The translations under genes were made by a program, and so were the position numbers. 64,000 nt of DNA. Source: the human T2T-CHM13v2.0 reference genome, Homo sapiens. The notes beneath the pieces were generated by a model, which saw only the letters and a program-made list of their open reading frames with translations, ran no database searches and was not told the DNA's origin. Within the stretch, counting starts at the first letter, position 1. Each line of letters begins with the position of its first letter. Shown one piece after another: positions 15,239 to 30,280 of the stretch. The stretch is from assembly GCF_009914755.1 (NCBI RefSeq), contig NC_060928.1; one strand, written 5' to 3'.

Positions 15239-15711
15239 AGTCTCTAGAAACACTGAGTTTTAACCAATATGAGACACACGAAGAGGAAAATGAATGCTTG
15301 CTTCTTGGAAGAACTGCTAGGAAAGTTAGCATTTTTGCAGTTCTAACTAATTTAGATGTGAGGCCAAGTAAAAATGCCATTTTTTTGGCCATTGAATTTG
15401 AAAATCAAATTGATTATCCTCCAGAATTTCTACAAACTTTGAAATACTCTCTAAGGATCAAAGAAGTCAAAGAGCTATGTGTGTCTCAGAATAATCTCCT
15501 TCTTCTGGTCACAGTATCTTTGTCTCTGCCAGGTGGCTCTTCATTTCTTTGGTAGCTATTTTTAGACTTACAGTCATTCACCAATATACAGTTAGCAGTG
15601 TTCTGATAGACACAGTATCAGTCATATTCTCCATTGAGTCATAATTTCAAACTCAACAAGATTTCAGAAAGGTATAATCATGTAATTTCTCATATTAAAA
15701 CTGAGAAGAGA

Positions 15712-16010
15712 GGCCAGGCATGGTGGTTCACACCTGTAATCCTAGCAGTTTGGGAGGCCAAGGCGGACAGATCACTTGAGCTCAGGAGTTCGAGACCACC
15801 TTGGGCCACAAGGCGAGACCCTGTCTCTACAAAAAATACAAAAATTAGCCAGGCGTGGTGGCACATGCCTGTAGTTCCAGCCACCCGGGAGCCTGAGGTG
15901 GGAGGATTGCTTGAGTCTGCGAGGTTGGGGCTGCCGTGAGCCCAGATTGCGCCATTGTGCTCCAGCCTGGGTGACAAAGCAAGGCCCTGTCTCAAAAAAG
16001 AAGAAGAGAA
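15712..16010 (+). mobile_element. Alu in NIPAL1 3'UTR
   Basis: GGCCAGGCATGGTGG... dimeric body and A-rich tail. Confidence 0.9.
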
Positions 16011-17432
16011 AGGGCCAGGGGCTTTTGCTTTAAAAAACTTTTTTTAAAACAGAAGTGAAACCACGGGTGCTTTGTTCTTCCTTCTGCACCTCCTTCTTAA
16101 ACTAGATAGCTAATTAGTTATTTTAAGAAAAAAGAAATTTAAAAAAAAGCCTGCTTTATTTGTTAGTGGGCTAGAATACACAAGACATACCCACCCATGA
16201 AGAGTTTATGAATTGTAACTTATTGACATTATCATAGGAATTTACTACCAGTTAAAGAGGGAGAACGGAGGAAGAGAAAAATACTTCAGATAAAGGAAAA
16301 AGTTTTCTTCTCACAAAAACACAGACACGTGATTGTTTTCACAGGTTCCATTAATTAACTCAGGTCTGGAAGACATAGGACAAAATGGAGTTTCTGAAGA
16401 AGTCCAGGTGAATTCAGCTTTGGAGTCACTTATGTTCATTTTTTTTCCTTTTCTTTTACTATTATCCTAAAGGTTATTTTTCTTGTTGATATAGAGATTT
16501 TTGTAAAAGATTGCTACATTATTTCAGGATTATATCCTACATTTCGATTGCTCTCAAATGTTTTATCCCTAAAGAGTGAGTTTTCCACAGACTGTTTGGA
16601 AGCAACTAGAAAAATCTTTGTGAAAAATCTGAACAAATTATCATAATGGCTCTCTTGAAATTTTGCACTTTCACCCTTATTAAGGAAATTATAATTAGTT
16701 ACTAACCTTTAAAAATAGGTATATTCTAATAGGATAGAAAGTTAACTTCCTGGCAAACAAAATACTAAGATCTCAGGGGCTACTGCAGGAAAATACCTTT
16801 TTCGCACATTAAAATGTTTATAAAATTTTCCCCTCTCATTTCAAATGCATGGCAGGAATAACATTTTTGGTGGTCTTTAATGTGATGGACAGATTTACTG
16901 TCACTTATTGATTTTATGGAAAATAAATTGGCTATCTTATTTTTATAACAATCTTATTTTTCTCAAAACAAAAATCCTAACCAAAAAGTTGTCATTAAAA
17001 AAAAAAAAATTCAGGTAGACTGAATGTTTTTCTGCTCTAACCTTAAATGTTATTAGGTTTGGTTTTTGTTTCTAAGCTACTTCAAGACTACCTGAGGTAA
17101 TAATGGTAAACTTTATTATTCAGAATTCGATTAAACTAACTTCAGCATTTCCACAGTTCTATTAAACAATGACTGATGTTCACAATGACAACCTACCTGA
17201 GATGGCTGCAAGGCCCTAATGTTCCATTATACATTATAGTCTTTTCAGCATAGTTTAGTGTTGAGTGCAATTCTAATGCATTCTACGTTTTTGAAAATCG
17301 ATAATCCATGGAAGGTCCATGGGTTGATACCTCAGGTCAAAAATGTGTTTACTCTGTTGATTGCTGTTTCACTTTACTTGTATATCAGATATATAAGCTA
17401 TGAACACAAGTTTGTAGTAAAAGTATCTTCTG

Positions 17433-17676
17433 TCTGGGCAATGGCTCACACCTGTAATTCCAACACTTTGGGGGGCTCAGGTGGGAGGATTTCTAGTCCC
17501 CAGGAGTTTGAGACCAGCCTGGGCAATAAACTAGACCCCATGTCTCTAAAAAATGTAAAAAACATCAAGAGGCTGAGTCAGGAGGATCATTTGAGCTTAG
17601 GAGTTCAAGGCTGCAGTAAGTTATGATTGTGCCACTGCATTCCAGCCTGGGTGACAAGAGTGAGACCCTGACCCAA
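17433..17676 (+). mobile_element. Degenerate AluJ with internal deletion
   Basis: Alu motifs; TSD AAAAGTATCTTCTG at 17419-17432 and 17677-17690. Confidence 0.85.
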
Positions 17677-18130
17677 AAAAGTATCTTCTGATAAAGTGGC
17701 ATTTGAAAATTGCAGAAATTTTAATATTTTTTCTTTTAATATTAAGAACTTTATTGATCTCTCTAGGACACCTTGGTGAGGAAATTAATGGCACTTTTCT
17801 TGACATCCAACCTGGGACTCTGGTGATTCTGTGTTCTGGTGAATTTAAGTTTCAGACATTTCTTTGTGTCACCTTTTACAAGGTGTTTGCCCTTGGTACG
17901 TTATGACCAGGTCAAAGGTTCCCAAACACAAGGCTCATTGTGTACCCTGGACAGGAAATTGAACTGATGTTGACATGTATGCATGCCCAGGAGGAAGACT
18001 GGGAAAGATTTAATGAGTTGAAGTATGCTGAGAAACAATGAAATATTTGAAAACTGTCTACATAAAAGTTACTGATGCACATGCATTAAAAAAAAAAATG
18101 TTGTTGCAAATCTAACACTAAAAAATTTTT

Positions 18131-18420
18131 GACTGGGTGCAGTGGCTCACACCTGTAATCCCAGCACTTTGGGAGGCTGAGGCGGGTAGATCACAAGGAC
18201 AGGAGTTCAAGACCAGCCTGGCCAACATGGTGAAACCCCGTCTCTACTAAAAATACAAAAATTAGCCAGGCATGGTTGCGGGTGCCTATAATCCCAACTA
18301 CCCCGGAGGCTGAGGCAGGGAATTGCTTGAAGCAAGGAGGGGCAGGTTGCAGTGAGCCAAGATTGTGCCACCACACTCCAGCCTGGGTAACAGCAAGACT
18401 CCGTCTCAAAAAAAAAAAAA
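18131..18420 (+). mobile_element. AluS in NIPAL1 3'UTR
   Basis: Dimeric body and poly-A. Confidence 0.9.
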
Positions 18421-19217
18421 ATTCCCAAATAGGAAGATATTTTCTAAGGAAGAATAAAATGCTGGACCCCTATATTCAGACTATTAGTCTTAACTGGTAG
18501 TTTATGTATATATTTTAATACTTTGTCATCATGTACATATCTTAAGATTTATTATGTGAATATCTGCATGTGTGTTATTAAGGATTACAAAGTTGTGCTC
18601 ACACAGGACAAATGGAAAGATTTTCCTACTTCTGTAAAGATAAGTTTCATTATACTTTTGTCTTACAATTTTATTCTTAGGTCAATGGTTATTTATTATA
18701 AGTTCAGATTGCACAATTTTCATAAGACCCTTTGGATTTAGCACATGAAATTAACACATATTTTAAAGTATTAAATACATGGAAAGCATCTGGCATTATG
18801 CCTGATAATAGGCACTTAGTAAAATGTACTTTTCTTTGAATCAACATTTGAATTCTTACAGTCTTGTCACTAGAGACTTAAAAGGACCATTGAGTGCCTA
18901 TTTTTATACATTCATCTTTTCTCAATTTGTCACATTATCTCATTTTAAATAATGCAAGTGAAAGTGAATTCATCATACTATCTCAACACCAATACAAAAT
19001 TATTCCAATAAAAATATTTTTCTTAATAAAACCAGAAAAACTGAACTAAATGCTATTTAGCCCCGCCAACAAAGCTTTGTGGAAAAATATATGAATATAT
19101 GAAATGTTCTCAAATATTTTGAATAAACTGTTCATGAAGCCTTATATTTTGCAAGTGTTTTTACTGTTGATTTTAGAAAGTTTATAAATCTTAAATGTTT
19201 GTATATTTTTCATTTGC

Positions 19218-19223
19218 AATAAA
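19218..19223 (+). terminator. Candidate distal polyadenylation signal of NIPAL1
   Basis: AATAAA with T/GT-rich downstream sequence. Confidence 0.65.
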
Positions 19224-19330
19224 ATGTTATTTAATTATGCTTTTGAGTTCAGTTTTTAGTTTATAAATGTTAAGCATATGTAATGGCAAAACTATTCCCA
19301 TTTTGTTTTGAGATTAAAAGGAAAGTTTCA

Positions 19331-19776
<446 letters not shown>

Positions 19777-20031
19777 TTATCCTTCAAATTGAACAAAAGC
19801 TCAAAGCTGTCAATAATAAAATCTCCCCTCAGAACAATAACTAGTATAAATATATTTGGTACCATGCTTTATAAACCCTCAGTGAGTTTTCTTCTAGCTC
19901 TGTGGAACTACAGCTTTGCTTCATGGATTAGCCACATCATGTTATAAATTTTCTGTTTTGGTTTGAATTCCTGTTTGAGAACAACACCCTCAATTGTTTT
20001 AAATTCATAAAAATTCAAAAAATTATCTAGG

Positions 20032-20690
<659 letters not shown>

Positions 20691-20836
20691 TTACCTCTAG
20701 AATGGGTACTGGGTAATGACATATGGCTCCTCCCTGAGTTAATTGTGCCTCGCAAACATTCAGAAAATAAACTCAAGCACGCCCCATAGCTCAAGGCCAA
20801 TAACACAGATTGTTTCAGGAATGGGCAAAATAGCCT

Positions 20837-21562
20837 TCTAACTGCCCAATGGGTTCAACCTTGCCCCACTGACTAGACAGAGTCAATTTATCAAGACAGG
20901 GAAATTGCAGTGGAGACAGTTATTCATGCAGAGCTGGCTAGTGCAGAGACAGGAGTTTCATTATTACTCAAATCAGTCTCCCCAAGTATTCGGGGATCAG
21001 AGTTTTTAAGGAAAATTTGGTGGGTGGGGGGCCAGTGAGTCAGGAGTGTTGGTTGGCTGGGTTGGCAATGAAATCATAAGGAGTAGAAGCTGTCTTGTGC
21101 CAAGTCAGTTCCTGGGTGGGGGCCACAAGATGCGATGAGCCAGTTTATCCACCTGGGTGGTGCCAGCTGATCCATAAGGTGCAGGTTCTACAAAATATCT
21201 CAAGTACTGATCTTAGGTTTTATAATAGTGATGTTATCCCCAGGAGCAATTTGGGAAGGGTCAGAATTTTGTAGCATCCAGCTACATGACTCGTAAACCA
21301 TAATTTATAATTTTGTGGTGAATTCATTAGTCCTACAAAGGCAGTCTATTCCACAGGCAAGAAGGAATTTGTTTTGGGAAAGGGCTGTTAACGTTTTTGT
21401 TTCAAAGTTAAACTATAAACTAAGTTCCTCCCAAAGTCAGTTCAGCCTACGCCCAGGAATGAACAAGGACAGCTTGGAGGTTGGAAGCAAGATGGAGTCA
21501 GTTAAGTCAGACATCTTTCACTGCAACAATCCTCTTAGCTATATTCTGCAATGGCGGTTTCA
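20837..21562 (-). mobile_element. Solo LTR8-family ERV1 LTR
   Basis: Minus strand begins TGAAACCGCCATTGCAG; homologous to 58133-58808; TSD GCCT/GCCC. Confidence 0.8.
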
Positions 21563-23065
21563 GCCCTTCAGCTCAAAAGGCCTCTTTGTCGCTTAATTTG
21601 CTTTTGCCTTTGTGTTCACGCTAATGTTTCATCGTATTACCAAGAGTTTTCAATAAAATGTATTTCAATAAAAGAAATATCTCCTCTCCTTGACCATGGA
21701 ACTGTAAAGCTGGGTTAGAATGGGCAAGACTTGGAAGAAAAAGAAAACAAATTTTTATGGGAAGAATGAAATGAGGCTTTGTTTACCATTGTTAGCTTGC
21801 TAGAACTTAATTCCTTCTGAGTAATCTCGCATGCACATTTTTAAAAGGCAAGGCTTTCTATCAGTTTTGAGACTCCACTTTCAGGATCTCAGGGCATGAA
21901 TTTAAATAATGCAGTGATTTGGTCTTTTCAGCCAATACTGAAACAGACTGGATCAAGTTTATCTGGACAAAAAGGACCACCATCAGTGCCATGTTGATTT
22001 CTCACTGTGAGAATCAAACTGGTTTAGAATCAGACAGACCTAAGGAATTCAATGCAATTCAGGTTACACAAAACAGTTTCACTTCTTACGGGGAGATCTG
22101 CTGATTGAAGATTAACCTGCAGCAAAAAAGGAAAAGTGAAAAGCTTGGAGGAACTAGTCAAACTAGAGAAAGTGTTACTCTTTGTTTTGCTGTTCAGCGT
22201 GGGATAGCAGGGGCTGGAGAAAGGAGATACCTGCAATGTAAACATGTGATCTACTTTCACAATATCTAAACAATTCACAGTCCAACAGAGTGAAGAATAA
22301 ACACTGCCATCAAACACATGTATGTGTCTGGTGTCTCTGAAAGGTGACTTCATCATCATGAATGAGAATATAAAGGGCGAGAGGCAAAATATGTAGCTAA
22401 GCAGAAACATGCTCAATTTCATTACCAAACAGACCAGATATCACTGCCTTTAGTCAGAAATATACTCACCTGATTGTCATTTCTCTAATCAACCAGCAGA
22501 CTCCACACAATAAAAAATCCCCTTTTGAAATACTTGAATCTCTGGCTCTTTGCTAAGGTTTCATGGAATTCTGCATATAGCACAGCCTCCTGATGAGATA
22601 CATAGTGTAGAATTCCACCAGTTTCTCAGCACCTCTAGTATTTTGTTCCAGAGTCCTGGTACTATTGAAATCAAGTAAGGAGAAGCCACAAGCTCCCTGA
22701 TGGGTTTCTGGCTCTCTGTTACATAGCGTTGTATTCCCTCTGCTCTACTTAGCTTTGATCCATAGCTATTCTGGTGGCTGACACAACTGCTTTTAACCCT
22801 TGTCCATCAGTGAACTAGCAGGGAAACTAGCTAAAACATGTGAAGTTAACCAGCGATAGCCTGTTGAAAAGCTGTTAGTCATCAGCATTGAGGGGAATCT
22901 TTCTCCCTGTGATCCACTTTTTAATAAACCTCACAAGAAGCCTCAACCCAGAGTAAACATTTGTACATAAAGTATTTTATCTAATCTAATGTTTTTGGCC
23001 CTGGCTATACATTTACCTTCACCTGCAGAGGGTTTTAAAATCTACTTTAAAATTACCTATTCCTG

Positions 23066-23372
<307 letters not shown>

Positions 23373-23787
23373 TTACCTATTCCTTAGGTCTGTCTGATTC
23401 ATGCCTGGGCCCCACCTCAGACCAATTAAATAGAACATCTGAGGGTAGGATCAAGATAACAATATTTGTTAAAATCTCCCCAGATGATTTGAATATGCAA
23501 CTAGGGTTGAAAACCACAGATCTAATCTAAGACCTCGCCTATTAGAAGTCACATCCCAATTTCAGAGTTCCTTTCAAAAAAAGTGCTGAAATAATGATAT
23601 ACACATTCTGTGGTTGTGGTTGTTCTCAATTTCTTAGATTTTGACCATCTCTGAAATAAGGTACATAATCTGCTCCCACCCTCCCCCAACAATGATAGTT
23701 ATACTTTCTTGAAAAACATAGCGAATTCAACAATGTTATTAATAACATACCTAAGATATTTACATGAAAATTGACATAGAATATCTT

Positions 23788-24471
<684 letters not shown>

Positions 24472-25009
24472 TTTTTACTGCAAGCAATTCAACTAATTCA
24501 AATAAATAAGTACATATTAGCTAAGACTTATCAAGTACTGAGACTGTTCTAAGTATCTCATACACACAATCTTATTTAATTCTAACAACTCTGTGAAATA
24601 TGGGTTATCATGCCCATTTTACAGAAGAGGAGGCACAAGTTGGTGAAGAGCTTAGGAAGCTAGGAAGCAGCAAAGCTGCATTTGAGTGCTGTCCTTGGCA
24701 TCCACAATAGCCATTCCTATTAGAGTCATCAGTATAATTAAGGGCTTGATAAAGATTTCTAAGTGGAATTGGATAGCCCACTAGCTGCCATCAGAAGAGT
24801 CAGCAGAAATGCAACATTTAGGAATAAGACTTAAGTCCTATTTCTTAAGACTTAAATAAAGCACTCTGATTTCTGGGGTGCTTGGTTTTAAAACCACCAA
24901 TGCCTTGTCTCATATAACAAGTCTGGAAGTGGGCAACTCAGAATCAGTGCAGCATCTGAAGATCACTAGGAGGGACCAGGCTTCTTCTATTTTTCTACTT
25001 CATAGGTGG

Positions 25010-25597
25010 AGCTGCCAGATTTAGCAAATAAAAACACAGGTTAGGACATCCAGTTAAACCTGAATTTCAGATAAAGAATGGAAAAAATTTAGTATAAGCA
25101 TGTCCCATAAAATATTTGTAACATAGTTATGGTAATAAAGAGTCTGACTTTGTTTTCCATATTTGCTGACAACTTGCAAGCCCCAGCACACCCCTGCCCC
25201 TTCTTCCCTACACCTGGACAAGACGATAAGAAAGTCAAAGTAATTCCCTTCCTCCGTGCCAGCTGGAAGTTCAAACCACACCGGCCTCAGCCCTTTCATA
25301 AAACCCCAAGGCAGCCTGCCCTCCCCACTTGCTCAACCTATTTTCAGACCTGCTTGGGAGCCTGCCCTGTGCTCCTCAGAAAGCCTCATTATTTGAGTCA
25401 TAAACCTTTTCATATCCTCTTGGGGTATGGCATCAATAATCCCAATCTTTGAACCAAATTTGGGGTAAGGGGTTCATCCATTTCTGGGGTTGATGACAAT
25501 ATAGAGGGTGACCACAACACATACACTAAAAAATGATTCATTATTTATCTGAAATTCAAATTTACCAGTTGTCTCATATTTTATTTGGCAACCCTGT
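25010..25597. mobile_element. Palindromic MER53-like MITE split near its centre by an LTR-like insert (~25120-25518)
   Basis: Left half TGCCAGATTTAGCAAATAAAAAC...GAATTTCAGATAAA; right half TTTATCTGAAATTCAAATTT...ATTTTATTTGGCAACCCTG is its inverse. Confidence 0.65.
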
Positions 25598-26019
25598 CTC
25601 CAGGACTTCATCTTCATGCCCGTTTCCTCAGAGTCACAGATGGGTGCTCTACTTCCAGGTCCCAAAGCCATATTCCAAGCAGGAAGACACAAAAACTTTT
25701 TTCCTTCTATTAAGACCTGGGCTTTGTATTTGGGAAAGGAAGTCCTCCCCAGGCACTTCTAGCTATATCTCACTACATGGAACTTTCTCATGTGGTATGC
25801 TTGCTATGAGAGGGCCCTCAAAATTGAGTATTTTAGCCTTCCAAAACATGAAGAATAGAGAGTTGTAGGTGACTTTTGGAATATAAACCCAGTGTCCACT
25901 GGGAAGCTGTCTGTTGCCATATATTATGGGTATAATCCTTTTGAAAGTCTTCTATTTACCCGCAAGCTAGTTTTCCTCTTCCTGAAATCCTGTTAGTTAA
26001 GGGAGTTGGGGGACAAATG

Positions 26020-26555
26020 CCACCCTGGGAAGAATGATATGGTCCAAGGACCAGCACCTGTGTCATTATCTGAGAGCTTGTTATAAATTCAAAATCTAAA
26101 GCTCCACCACAGACCTCCTGAATCAGAATCTACATTTTAACCAGGTCCCCAGGTGACTGTATGTATTAGTGCATTAAAGTTTGAGAAGAACTGGCTTAGA
26201 AGGACCCTAGTTTTCACATTTGCCATTGGAATAGCCCAAGGACCCTTTAAAAATACCAATGACTTCCCTAGATATTTTGATTCAATTGGCCTGGGGTGCA
26301 GCCTGGGCATCAGGATTTTTTAAAGCTCCCACAAGATTTTAATAGGCAGGGACGTTTAATAACAACTGCCCTAGAACAGCGACGCTCAACCCTGGCTGCC
26401 CATTGGAATCACTTGGGGTGCTTGGTTTTAAAACTACCAATGCCTGGGTCCCCCAAGAGCAGTTAAATCAGAACTGGGGAGATGAAGGAGGATGAGAAGG
26501 TAAGACACGGGCAATGGTATTTTTGAAAAGCTGTCAGATCATTCTAGTGTGTGAA
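26020..26555. mobile_element. Cluster of MER5A/B-like hAT fragments
   Basis: CCTGAATCAGAATCTACATTTTAACCAGGTCCCCAGGTGA...AAAGTTTGAGAA and related motifs. Confidence 0.6.
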
Positions 26556-27715
26556 AACCACACCAGGAAGAGGAAGTGAAACACTCACATTCTCCAGCCC
26601 AGTGGTTTGCGGGCAGAAGAGGGAGAGTGATATTAGAGGGGTTAAAGATACTGCAGGGGCAGGAGGGCCAGGTAGAGGGTACTGGCAAGGGCAGGGAGGC
26701 TTGCACTCTGCCTTGTGTTCAGATTCCTGGAGGGAATTGCCCCACGAACTGTCTGGAAAGCAGCCATGGACAAACTCTGCAGCACAGCATGATTAAGCAG
26801 GGGAGTGAGGGTAGAGGCAGGAGTGCAAAATTGTAAAGTTTTAGCTTTTTGAGCTAGTCTCAGTCCCTGTGTGGTATGGACAGGACCCAGAAGCTCCCAC
26901 ATGTGCTCAAGATGGTCCTCTGGAAGCAGCTGAGTTGAATCATTTCCCAAAGAAATGACTTGGCACTCACCCTTCAAGAGCAAGGTGACCTGCAGCCCAG
27001 GCTGAGGGGCCAATGAAGACTGTGGCAGAGTCTAAACTTACACCATAAGCCTGCAGTGCCAGCAAGAGCTGGGGTGAGGTCAAATCAGCCAGGGAGAACT
27101 CCTGTGCCCTAGCCAAGTCAGGAAAGACCAGTCCACACCAGTCACCAGCTCCACCTGCAAAAGCTAGCTGGATAAGCAGCAACTAGGATGATAAGAAATG
27201 TTGTGGAGATCAGAGGTGCCAAGAGACACTGCTCCAATACAAACAGCCCTTCCCCTTCACTTCACCGCTGTGAGGTCACCTTGCCAGGGCTGAGAGTCAC
27301 AGTCTGCATTGGAAGGGCTACTAATTGCTAGCTGTTAGCATCCACTCCAGTGGGTCTGTGTCTGTGTCAAATCAGTTAATTATGTTGAATGTCACTCCTA
27401 GATAAAGTTCCCCCTTTCCCTGCTCTACCCAGATGCTGTGTTGGGCAGAAACAGAAAAGGAGAAGCAAGACCTGAGAGCCTATCCATTTTACTGAATGAG
27501 AATATTTTCATCATTGCACTAAGCTAAAGTTATAGGGTTAAAATCAATCAAGTTTCGCCAGCCCTACCCAGCCAGTAGGGACACATGAGGAAATCTACAG
27601 AAGTTACAGGCAAAATAAAAGAGCTACAGCTTGTCTGTACATCTAACAGTAGTGTGAGGAAACTTCCATTCCTGCTGTAGACGTAAGGATAATCTGCTTC
27701 TTCTATGAAGTATTC

Positions 27716-28049
<334 letters not shown>

Positions 28050-28399
28050 TAAAATATGGATTTGTATTTCTCCATAGATGTATTCAGGTGTCTTTTTTTT
28101 CTATCAATCTGATATTAGTCCCTAACATAGTGTATTTTTCTTTGTCTATTTAAACAGAGAAAGGGAGATACAGAAAGTTGTGTGTAAACCCAAATTGTTC
28201 TGAAAAAAGTAAGATCTATACCAAAAAGAAGAAGGACAATGACCAACTGAGGTTGTCACGTGGAACTAGATGAAAAAACAGCCCATTGCTCTATAGAAAT
28301 GCAATGGGTTGGCCCAGAATCCCGAGAGGAGGCTGCCTACCAGATTGGATCTCACATCTCTGGAAAATGAAGCTTCTGGGTGATCCCACTACTTTTATT

Positions 28400-28960
28400 T
28401 AACTGGGTCATGCCATTAATACTTACTTAGCTCAGCTCTATGCCAGGCCCTGTCCTAGGACCTAGAGATGCAACAGTGAATGCAACAGACAAAAATACCT
28501 GCCCTCACAAATGTTACAGTTGAAAGAGAGTGGGGATAAAAGACAGACAGTAGACCAAAGAAATAGGTAAAAAAAAAATGTGTATGATTTGTTATATAAT
28601 GTTAAGAGCTATAGAGAACAATGATACAGAGAAGGGAGACAGGGAATGCCCACGTGGGGTTGCGATTTTAATCGGAGGTGGTCAGAGAAAGCTTCAAGGA
28701 GAGGGCGACAGTTGAGCAACGACCTGGAGGAGATGGGGAAGTGAGACATGTATCCAGAAACATTGCCAGCAAAGGGAACAGCAGCAGGTGCAAAGGCCCT
28801 GAGATGAAAGGGACTGGCTGGCATGTGCAGCGGGCAGCAGGAAGGCCAGGGGCCGCATGGATGAATGGGAGAGTAGCAGGAGGTGAGCTCAGTGAGGTTG
28901 TAGATCCAGGTACAGAGAGGAAGCCGAGCACATTGCTCCAATCCAAGCAGATTCTTCAAC
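28400..28960 (-). mobile_element. L2 fragment
   Basis: CTATGCCAGGCCCTGTCCTAGG...GTGGTCAGAGAAAGCTTC...GCAAAGGCCCTGAG resembles antisense L2 3' region. Confidence 0.6.
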
Positions 28961-29281
28961 TTCATCTTCAGCTTTCCCAGACAGCTCCATGAGGTGGAAG
29001 CCACCAAATCCACCACTGCTTGCACTCAAGGAAGGTACCTGCATAGGATTGTCAGCTTTTTCTTAAGATTTTCATATATTGTTAAGGCTGTCTAATTTTG
29101 AGAAAATTTGCCCCCAGATCACTTCAAAATGTTAAAGTACTAGAGAAAACAGAACCTGGCCAACCGGCACTAAATATTGACAACATTCTCCCAACTTACT
29201 CATCATGTTTGAGCTAATTTGCATTAGAAAAACAAAGGTCATAGCTGAAGCATTCCAGTTTGTTACTAGAGAAGATGGTGG

Positions 29282-29634
29282 GGCCAGGTGCAGTGGGTCA
29301 CACCTGCAATTCCCACACATTGGGAGGCCAAGGCAGGCAGATCACTTGAGGCCAGGAGTTCGAGACCAGCCTGGCCAACACAGTGAAACCCCCGTCTCTA
29401 CCAAAAAATACAAAAGTTAGCTGGGTGTGGTGGCACACGCCTATAATCCCAGCTACTCTGGAGGCTGAGGTAGGAGAATCACTTGAACCCAGGAGGCAGA
29501 GGTTGCCAAGATCACACCACTGCACTCCAGCCTGGGCAACAGAGTGAGACCTTGTCTGAAAAAAAAAAAAAGAAAGAAAGAAAGAAAAAGAAAAGAAAAG
29601 AAAAAAAAATAAAGAAGAAAAGAAAAGATAAGAT
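29282..29634 (+). mobile_element. Alu with expanded (AAAG/AAAAG)n tail
   Basis: Alu body; TSD AAGATGGTGG/AAGATGATGG. Confidence 0.9.
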
Positions 29635-30139
29635 AAGATGATGGACTGCATGGAAAATGGCCAGAAAGCAAGAGGGGAATTGGGAAAAGACGAGCATTTG
29701 GTATTTGTTGATTATCATTCCAGCATTTATCACTCCCCTTTCCAGACCCTCTGAATGGCTCTCATTTTCTATTTTCAAGGTAAATGGATTTCAGCTGTGG
29801 CTCTTGAGGAAACATGTGCCCAAGTCCAAACCAGTCAAAGCATTCCATATCCCTAGCTACAGAGATTTGTTCCTGGAGGGCGTGTGGATCTGATCCAGTC
29901 AGAGAGAACCTCAGGACTCTGGTGGAAATGCTGGGATAGAGACGTTCTCTCCCTCTGGATAGTATAGTATGTCAAGTTAAGGTATGTGACCACAACATCC
30001 ACTTTTCATCTGGGAGGGGTGGAAGAGGAGGCAGCCTGAGACATGAGAAATGGAGCCGGAAGGATGATAACAGGGTGAATGTCTGTACCCCTGGACTTCA
30101 CAGTCACAGGGTCTAATGATACCCCTTTTAGCCTTAGAA

Positions 30140-30280
30140 CTGTTAACATTTTGAGCTGGATAATTCTTTGTTGTGGGGGTATGTGCTCTTTGTAGGATGT
30201 TTAGCAACATCACTGGTCTCTACTCACTAGATGCCAGTAGCACACCCTGCCTGGTAGTAATAACCAAAAATGCCAGTTCA
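30140..30280 (+). mobile_element. MER20-like hAT MITE
   Basis: GATAATTCTTTGTTGTGGGGG...GGATGTTTAGCAACATCACTGGTCTCTACTCACTAGATGCCAG. Confidence 0.7.

Larger units (their letters stand above)
15239..19240 (+). other. NIPAL1: NIPAL1 3'UTR (~4 kb, three sense-oriented Alus)
   Basis: Follows the stop codon; AATAAA cluster near 19007, 19122 and 19218 followed by T-rich sequence; end inferred from the distal signal. Confidence 0.7.

Noticed and set aside
17258-17626. 122-aa ORF in the NIPAL1 3'UTR
   Set aside because: Non-ATG start in the track, C-terminal half is Alu-derived, no recognisable domain
15712-18420. Inverted-Alu dsRNA in the NIPAL1 3'UTR
   Set aside because: All three 3'UTR Alus are in the + orientation, so no intramolecular duplex forms
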